Below, in pieces: positions 37,148 through 43,592 of a stretch of DNA of 43,592 bases. Numbering within the stretch: the first letter of the stretch is position 1; every line of letters begins with the position of its first letter. Location: assembly GCF_000143415.4 (NCBI RefSeq), contig NW_003314273.1:327103-370694 (forward strand), written 5' to 3'. The notes under the pieces were generated by a model that saw only the letters and a program-made list of their open reading frames with translations, made no database searches and was not told the DNA's origin. A program made the position numbers and the translations under genes. This stretch comes from Selaginella moellendorffii. Taxonomy: Eukaryota; Plantae; Lycopodiophyta.

Positions 37148-37782
37148 TCACTCGTCTCCATCACTCCCTAAAACTTCTTCGTCGCGGAGCTCATGGCCTT
37201 CCCCACCAGCGATCATCTTCCTAGAAGTCATCAAACACGAAAAAAAGGAGAACCAAATCGAATCGGATCGAATCGATCAAGCATCAGTTCACCTCTCGAG
37301 AATGAACTTGCCCTCCTTGTACTTTTGATCCTTCTCCTGGGCAGTCTCCTGCAAAGATCTCACTCTCAGTTCTTCCCAAACTTGCCACTCTTTTCTTCGC
37401 TGATTGATTGCTTACATATTTCCAGCCCAAGATCTTCCGGCAGCAAATGCAATAGATGTCCGCGACCGTGTGCAATCCAGTCGTCATCTGTCGCTCTTCG
37501 AGCTTTCCAATCCCCACATTCACCCTGAAGAAAAAAATTCCATGAGAAAGAGCTCAAACTTCCAAAAACTCTCTCTATCGTCTTACACTGTCTTGAAAAG
37601 ATAGGCCGTCCCATGGCGGCAGTGGAAATTCTGCAAGAAACAAGGAACACGGATAATCGCAAAGAATTTGAGGAGATCGAGGATGCCTTTGCCATGAGAT
37701 CGCCGGGCGTCGCGAGATGGCTGTGGCAAATGCGGCAGCTGTAGATTTTGCCATCGAGGTGGATCAAGCACAGCCTTCCCAT
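37148..37782 (-). CDS. Yippee-like (YPEL) zinc-binding protein, 5 exons
   Basis: [19 protein letters not shown]...|[12 protein letters not shown]..|[24 protein letters not shown]|...[12 protein letters not shown]; stop at 37148-37150. Confidence 0.93.
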
Positions 37783-37934
37783 GGCCTTAAACCCTTGGAT
37801 GGCCTCACCTTGCGCAAGAAATTCACGATCAGTGAAGAAATGAGTGATCGATTGACCGAGCTGAGAAGCCTTTCACTAATCCTAGACCTCCATAGCCACA
37901 ATGACCTAAAACTCTGTTACTAGGGCTCTAGGTA

Positions 37935-39374
37935 ATGTTGCCAAGTTCTTCAGTCCCTCAGGTAGATCCTGGGAAGGAGGAGGAGGCGCAGCTGCTGGAA
38001 TCCTCGAAATATCATAGATCCGACGCCAATGGAGCAGCGCCGGCGCAATTCGGCGCTCCCAGCAATGGATCCGCGACGGGCTACTCGATCCTGGAAATAT
38101 CCACAGGTGAACGGCAATCCAGCAGCAGTAGCTCGGGATCTGGCGTCGCTGGCGCCGTTTTCAACCTCGCGACGTCGATCATCGGCGCGGGGATCATGGC
38201 GCTGCCAGCGACGATGAGAGTTTTGGGGGTTCCGCTGGGCGTGGCGATGATCCTGGCGATGGGCGTGCTCTCAGAGATTAGCTTGGAGATTGTGGTGAGA
38301 TTCTCGACGCAGCTCAAGGCCTGGAGCTATGGTGAGATGGTAGGCGCGGCGTGTGGACGAGCAGGGAAGCTCGTCTCGCAGGTGTGTATCATAGTCAACA
38401 ACAGTGGCATTCTCATCGTTTACTTGATCATCATAGGTGATGTTCTCTCGGGATCTTCCAGTGGCTCTTCCCACCACCCGGGCCTCCTCAAGAGCTTGGA
38501 CAGAAGATTGGTGCTCCTCGCCACCATGTTGCTCGTCCTAGCGCCGCTCTCGTCGCTGAAGCGCATCGATTCACTCCGCTTCTCCTCCGCGGCATCGGTA
38601 GCTCTAGCGGTGGTGTTCGTCATCCTCAGCTCCGGGGTGGGGGTGGTGAAAGGGATCCAGGGAAAGCTCACGACTCCGCGGTCACTTCCGTCGCTGGCAT
38701 CCAGGAAATCGGTGCTGGAGCTCCTCACCGTTGTCCCGATCATGACCAACGCATTCATCTGCCACTTTAACATCCAGCCGATCTACTGCGAGCTCAAGAA
38801 CAGGTCTGCGGCTAGGATGAACAAAGTTGGCCGGATCTCCACGCTCCTGTGCATGAGCGTCTACGTCGCCACCGCGCTGTCGGGCTACCTCCTCTTTGGC
38901 GAGTCCACGGCCTCGGACATCCTCTCCAACTTCGACCACGACCTGGGGATCGCGGACAGCACGCTCATCAACGACGTCATTCGCATCGGCTACGTCCTCC
39001 ATCTCATGCTCGTCTTCCCGGTGATCCACTTCTCCCTCCGGCAAAACGTAGACGCGATCCTCTTCCCGGATCCAAAGCAGCAGCTCGCCGACAGCACGGT
39101 CAGGTTCTGGGCTCTCACGGCGTCGCTGCTCGCGATCGTGTTTGTGGGATCGGCCTTCATCCCAAACATCTGGATCGCGTTCCAGTTCACGGGGGCCACC
39201 GCGGGGCTGTCTCTGGGATTTATGTTCCCGGCGCTGGTGGCGTTGAGGTTGAGCAAGGCGAGGGAGAAGGGATTGGAGTGTCTGGCGTGGACAATGCTTG
39301 TCCTTGCTGGGGTGGCCAGCTTCCTTGGACTGACGACCAACATTTACAATGTTGTGACGCACCATGTGGATTGA
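37935..39374 (+). CDS. AVT6: Amino acid transporter, AVT6 family (Aa_trans), intronless, 479 aa
   Basis: GAVFNLATSIIGAGIMALPATMRVLG, AFICHFNIQP, FQFTGAT; ~11 hydrophobic segments. Confidence 0.92.
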   Translation: MLPSSSVPQVDPGKEEEAQLLESSKYHRSDANGAAPAQFGAPSNGSATGYSILEISTGERQSSSSSSGSGVAGAVFNLATSIIGAGIMALPATMRVLGVPLGVAMILAMGVLSEISLEIVVRFSTQLKAWSYGEMVGAACGRAGKLVSQVCIIVNNSGILIVYLIIIGDVLSGSSSGSSHHPGLLKSLDRRLVLLATMLLVLAPLSSLKRIDSLRFSSAASVALAVVFVILSSGVGVVKGIQGKLTTPRSLPSLASRKSVLELLTVVPIMTNAFICHFNIQPIYCELKNRSAARMNKVGRISTLLCMSVYVATALSGYLLFGESTASDILSNFDHDLGIADSTLINDVIRIGYVLHLMLVFPVIHFSLRQNVDAILFPDPKQQLADSTVRFWALTASLLAIVFVGSAFIPNIWIAFQFTGATAGLSLGFMFPALVALRLSKAREKGLECLAWTMLVLAGVASFLGLTTNIYNVVTHHVD

Positions 39375-39694
39375 TTCAAAACAATATAAACGGATATACT
39401 GTCAACGTTGGAAGATTCTTATCTTGTATAACCCAACAATGAACATTAGAATTCTTTGATGAATGCAAGCCTAGGCAGATGACCAAGATCATCTCAGGAG
39501 GATCAGCTCCGGAGTACCTCTTTTTCGATGGGATCAAGACCTCTCACTATCCTTTTTGACGACAGACCGTCAGCGTCTATTGATCATCCGCTGGATCGCA
39601 AAGCTGCCTCTCAGGATCATTGTCACCAACATCTTCACGGTCAATGGCCTGGGATACAAGCTCTATCTATGTCAATGATTAACCATTAATATAA

Positions 39695-39767
39695 GCCGGC
39701 CTAGCTCAGCTGGTAGAGCGCAAGGCTCTTAACCTTGTGGTCGTGGGTTCGATCCCCACGGCCGGCG
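39695..39767 (+). tRNA. trnK-CUU: tRNA-Lys (anticodon CTT)
   Basis: GCCGGCC/GGCCGGC acceptor stem, A box TAGCTCAGCTGG, anticodon arm CAAGG-CTCTTAA-CCTTG, B box GGTTCGATCCC; 73 nt. Confidence 0.95.
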
Positions 39768-39910
39768 AAACTGAGCGATGAATCTGTCGTGAGCTTTCAG
39801 GTGGATATCATCTGCAAGCAATCCAGCGGTCCTTCCCCGCAAAATGTTGACCGCTTGACCATTGGCTAGGGTGGTTTGACCAAGGATATGCTACGCCGAT
39901 TCTTTGCCCT

Positions 39911-39957
39911 ATCCCACATGCCGAGGCGTGGAATAAAGGCACAAGAGCAGTATATAA
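39911..39957 (+). promoter_or_regulatory. Plant snRNA promoter: USE (ATCCCACATG, -70) and TATA box (TATATAA, -30), Pol II-type spacing
   Basis: Matches the plant USE consensus RTCCCACATCG closely; positions are relative to U1 +1 at 39981. Confidence 0.88.
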
Positions 39958-39980
39958 GCCAGGGCCTGGGGAAGTGATCC

Positions 39981-40140
39981 ATACTTACCTGGACGGGGTT
40001 TATTGGTGATCATGAAGGCCAATGGCCTAGGTTCGGCCTTCCCATCGCACTCTGGCTTGGCCGGCCTACCATCTTCCCAAAGTGGAGGAGTGGACGTCGT
40101 AATTTGTGGAAGTTGAGGGCTCGCGTACGCGCGGCCCTCT
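39981..40140 (+). ncRNA. U1: U1 spliceosomal snRNA (variant)
   Basis: 5' ATACTTACCTG, SL1 loop GATCATGAAG, SL2 loop ATCGCAC, SL3, H-helix GACG/CGTC, Sm site AATTTGTGG, SL4 with UACG tetraloop. Confidence 0.95.
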
Positions 40141-40556
40141 CCAAATTCTATAATTAATAAGTTGATTCTCTAGTATCCTCGTGCTCCGTAAACCCCTAAA
40201 ACCCCTTCGTTTTGTTCTGTTGGCATCGGCTTCAAAGAAGAGATTTGAGCACAACTTTGGAGAATTGATAGATAGGTCCGCGACGCAAAAGTCATGGAGT
40301 GGATCGCGATCCGAGCATGAAACTTGCAGAGAAGAACAAGGCTGGAAAGCAAAACAATGCTGCCATTTTGTTGCCGATCACCGATCACCTTTACTGCCAT
40401 TCACTGCGAGTTAACAAGTAGGTCGAAAGGTCGCCGCCATGCAAATCGAAAGTATTTCTAAGATGAAAGTGGACTAGATACCATTTGAAGAATTTATAAT
40501 ATGTATTATTGTTCTACAATGAATCTAATCACGACCTTACCGTGTCACGGATGAAT

Positions 40557-41189
40557 TCAGCGATGGGAACAAACTGCCTGTTCGTCCAGCCGAAATGCCT
40601 TTTGGAGAACTTCTTCCGCGACACCACTCCCGAACATGGACGGGGCTATGGTCTGAAACCCGGGCTTCTCGCTGTTTAGCACTGCAAAAGCCGACGCTGG
40701 ACCCTCTCCCACATTGAGCTGCCAGTGGATGAGACCCCTCGGGAAGATCATCACCTCGCCCTTGGAGTAAACTCTCGCAAACGCCCTGTTGGCTGTGTCG
40801 ATGAATCCAGCGTACAAGCGACCCCGGGTGATGTAGACGAACTCGGAGGCGCGAGGATGCGTGTGAGGCGGGATGAGGCCACCCTCCACAAAGTCGAGCC
40901 GAGCAAACGCGAAGCCCTGCGTGTGGAGTCCCGGGAAAGTCTCGACGAAGGCTGGAGTGACGCTGGTGCCCGAGGGGCCCAGGCTGGGGTCGGCAGGAGT
41001 GAGCAAGCCGCTGAAGACGAAGTCGTCGATCGTCACGTTGGCATACGGCTTGCAGGGATACTCGTTGAGCTGCGGATAGTCGAGGTCCGCTACACAAAAG
41101 TCCCGGACAGGATCGGGATCGGAAGACAAAACTTGTAGAGTAGACATAGATGCGTACAAGACTGCAAAACAAAACAAGAACGTCGCCAT
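40557..41189 (-). CDS. GLP: Germin-like protein (cupin), intronless, 210 aa
   Basis: Signal peptide, DPDPVRDFCVAD, germin box GGLIPPHTHPRASE, KGE motif, FPRGLIHWQ; all four Mn ligands (H,H,E,H) present. Confidence 0.93.
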   Translation of the reverse strand: MATFLFCFAVLYASMSTLQVLSSDPDPVRDFCVADLDYPQLNEYPCKPYANVTIDDFVFSGLLTPADPSLGPSGTSVTPAFVETFPGLHTQGFAFARLDFVEGGLIPPHTHPRASEFVYITRGRLYAGFIDTANRAFARVYSKGEVMIFPRGLIHWQLNVGEGPASAFAVLNSEKPGFQTIAPSMFGSGVAEEVLQKAFRLDEQAVCSHR

Positions 41190-42145
41190 ATGGCTATGTC
41201 GCTGGATTTGGAGGGGATCAAACTACATACCTTTGCAAGGTCCAAGGTCCAGAATATAATGCAGCTTCGAAAAACAGACGTGCTGCCACGTTGCTCCCAA
41301 CTTTAGCGAGTGGATGATAGCATGCAAACGTTGTAACTAAGCTCCTTTTTGCTTTCCCATTGGCCTTTAACTTCTGCCTCGCCGCAAAGAGGCCGAGGAT
41401 CTCTTGGTGAGTATGCCTGGAGTTGCATGGGCAACATTTCTTAAATAAACAGAAAGGAAAGAGATCTTGAAGATGGTGTTGCAGCATTGACTGCAACCGC
41501 GAAGGATGGAACAATTATTGATTGTTGATGTGTGACTTGCTTGATTTTCTCATATGAGGCTTGAGTATTCTTCTTGGACTTGATCTTGTTGGCATTGTTG
41601 CTGCTACTCCTCCATCCAAAGCAGTTGATGAGCTTGTTGGAACTGAGATCCTGTTGATTGCCCTTCATATCCACAGCATGAACTTGAGCCGTGGGTTTCC
41701 AAATTACAAAATTTTTATATCCCGGCTTTGTATAAAACGTTCCATGCAAACCAAACAATTGAGTCCTCGACATGCAAACGTGACTAAATATATCTTGAAA
41801 GTTGTCCCGATCACTGCGCACCGTTGCGAGAACCCAAGTTCTGGGAAAAGCATCCAAGATATCTTGATAACAGTTTTGGTCAAAATCACGTTGTTGCTTG
41901 ACTGCGCATGAAAAAATGACCTCTGAATCAAGAAGCGAGTGAATCATCTACTACGACTTCTATGATGATACCATATACGATTTTCTGGATTCCGCAATCC
42001 AGAAATTCTGAATTTCTGGATTCTGGATTCAGAACCTGCAACAGTGCAACAGCTGGATTGCACGAGTGTGATCCTCCCACCAGCATTTTTTTTTCCGTAT
42101 CTCAAAAATACTTTGGATTACTAATTTTTACATGGCTGAAAAGAA

Positions 42146-43088
42146 CTACATTGAGCATGGATATGTCTGCCTTACAAATTTCATGTTTCCCAACTTGTAG
42201 GGAACATTTGACAAGAATTTGATGGGCTTGTTGCAGACACGTCCAGAAACCCTCACCCATTTCACTCCAGAAAATCGCTCATTTTCAATATTCCAGTCAA
42301 ACTGGCACTTTGAAACCGTCCCGTGACAACCATATGCATGTAGCTCGTTATCTTTTACCACCACCAGCTGCTTTATTGGCCCTCCATCCAGCTTGCCAGA
42401 TAAACACTCCCAAGAAGCAGTATCCTCATTCCAAAAGTAAAGCCAATTTCCACCACTGTCTTTGAACCATTCCATTTTCACCAATAATACCTTGTGTAAA
42501 ACTGCCATGGTTGGCATTATGCCACTCTCAACCACACTGGTGGTAAAAGGTTGTCTCCAAACCCTTCCATAGCTATCCAAATCCAAAAATCTGCATTCCA
42601 AATTCACTGTTTTCACTACCTTGAAAGTTATATGCTCGAAAGCACCAACAATTCCATCTTGAAACACAAGCAGCCTCTCAAGTTTGCAATTGCTAGGCAA
42701 TTCTGCTAAAATACTCCACTCCTTTACACTTAAATCATATTTTCTTAAGGCAACCTCTAAGGTACACCATTTGGGGATTGCTTGAAAAGGTGGTGGTGCA
42801 AAGATCCCTCGTAATTTGCATGCAGCTCCTCTCAGAAAAGTTAACAAGATGAGCTTGCCCAAGCTCTCGAGAGTACATGATCACAAACCCCTCGATACAA
42901 CACACGACTTCCCACGGTTTACCACCACCAATTGGGCATGGAAGTGCCTTGATCCCTAATATTTCATAAGGCAATTTTACCATCTTGTCCAACACTTCAT
43001 TCCACTCTATAGACACGTCTTGCAAGCCTTGTCGAGTGCCCTTCTCCGCCCTTGACAAAATCACCATCCATATCTCCTCTGGTACCAT
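42146..43088 (-). pseudogene. F-box/kelch-like gene with a single-base frameshift
   Basis: N-terminal MVPEEIWMVILSR...VSIEWNEVL resembles an F-box. Two overlapping ORFs join if one A is removed at 42740-42743, giving kelch-like VYLRGCLKKYDLSVKEWSILAELP. Confidence 0.6.
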
Positions 43089-43289
43089 TTGCAAAAAGTC
43101 AATAAACCCTAAACATTGGCTCTATCTTTATACTGATTGTTTAACTAGCCGTTATCTTCTGTGACTAGGCTGTTATAATTCATACGTGGCGCTGGTGTGG
43201 ATGCCAGATAAGGCTTGTGTGCCACGTCGGCATGACATTAGGGCACGGTCGCAGCTATGGATGAGAGCTAGAGAGGAGAGCTCCAGGGC

Positions 43290-43559
43290 ATGGCGCAGGA
43301 GATTGTGGAGGTCGTGACGGAGGCTGTGCCAGTTCAAGAGCAGGTCACGGTGAATGGCGAGCTCTGCCGCTCCAAGGAAGATCAAGAGCCGGTCAAGAAC
43401 GACGTCTACACGGCGGCGGCTTACGGCGATCTGGACAAGCTGCGGCGCCTGGTAGAACAGGATGGATGCTCCGTCTCGGCGCCCGATCACGGCGGATATT
43501 TCGCTCTACAGTGGAGCGCTCTCAACAATCGCGTCGCGGCTGCTCAATATCTCATCGAG
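43290..43559 (+). CDS. TIP1: First exon of ankyrin-repeat DHHC S-acyltransferase TIP1/PAT24 (continues beyond window)
   Basis: MAQEIVEVV...[55 protein letters not shown]|gtgag. Not in the ORF track. Confidence 0.92.
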
Positions 43560-43592
43560 GTGAGTGGAGATTTCGCCTGTAATCGCTCGATC

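Noticed and set aside
39479-39678. Coding-like fragment between AVT6 and tRNA-Lys
   Set aside because: Interrupted by stops and not recognisable as any family.
39768-39910. C/D box snoRNA directly after tRNA-Lys
   Set aside because: Only an imperfect C box (GCGATGA), with no downstream CTGA D box and terminal stem; not supportable as a feature.
40186-40213. Telomerase RNA template-like TAAACCCCTAAAACCCC after U1
   Set aside because: Does not match a 1.5-repeat TTTAGGG template; the upstream USE/TATA is accounted for by U1.
26631-43490. Antisense or alternate-frame ORFs over RGP, AVT6, GLP, ZNF511-like and TIP1
   Set aside because: Shadow ORFs from GC-rich codon usage of the real genes.

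Overview
Plant nuclear genomic DNA. Introns are about 50-60 nt and intergenic spacers very short; a Selaginella-like lycophyte is my inference, not proven. The window has two sharply separated compartments. (1) 1-~17.5 kb is a block of one degenerate LTR-retrotransposon family repeatedly nested into itself: head-to-tail units sharing LTRs, two solo LTRs inserted antiparallel into sibling LTRs with perfect 5-bp TSDs, LTR-internal minisatellites that create the spurious low-complexity ORFs, plus an unrelated TRIM. (2) ~18.1-43.6 kb is a very gene-dense block: a Dicer-like gene (DCL2/4-type RNase IIIa, two dsRBDs separated by tandemly duplicated micro-exons), mitochondrial enoyl-ACP/CoA reductase, RGP/UAM, ERdj7-like DnaJ, A20/AN1 SAP, eIF4A-III, a TTC23-like TPR protein, ZNF511-like, tRNA-Val(UAC), Yippee, AVT6 transporter, tRNA-Lys(CUU) lacking a Pol III terminator upstream of a variant U1 snRNA gene, a germin-like protein, a frameshifted F-box/kelch-like gene and the first exon of TIP1/PAT24. 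Family assignments come from my recall of motifs; no database searches were run.
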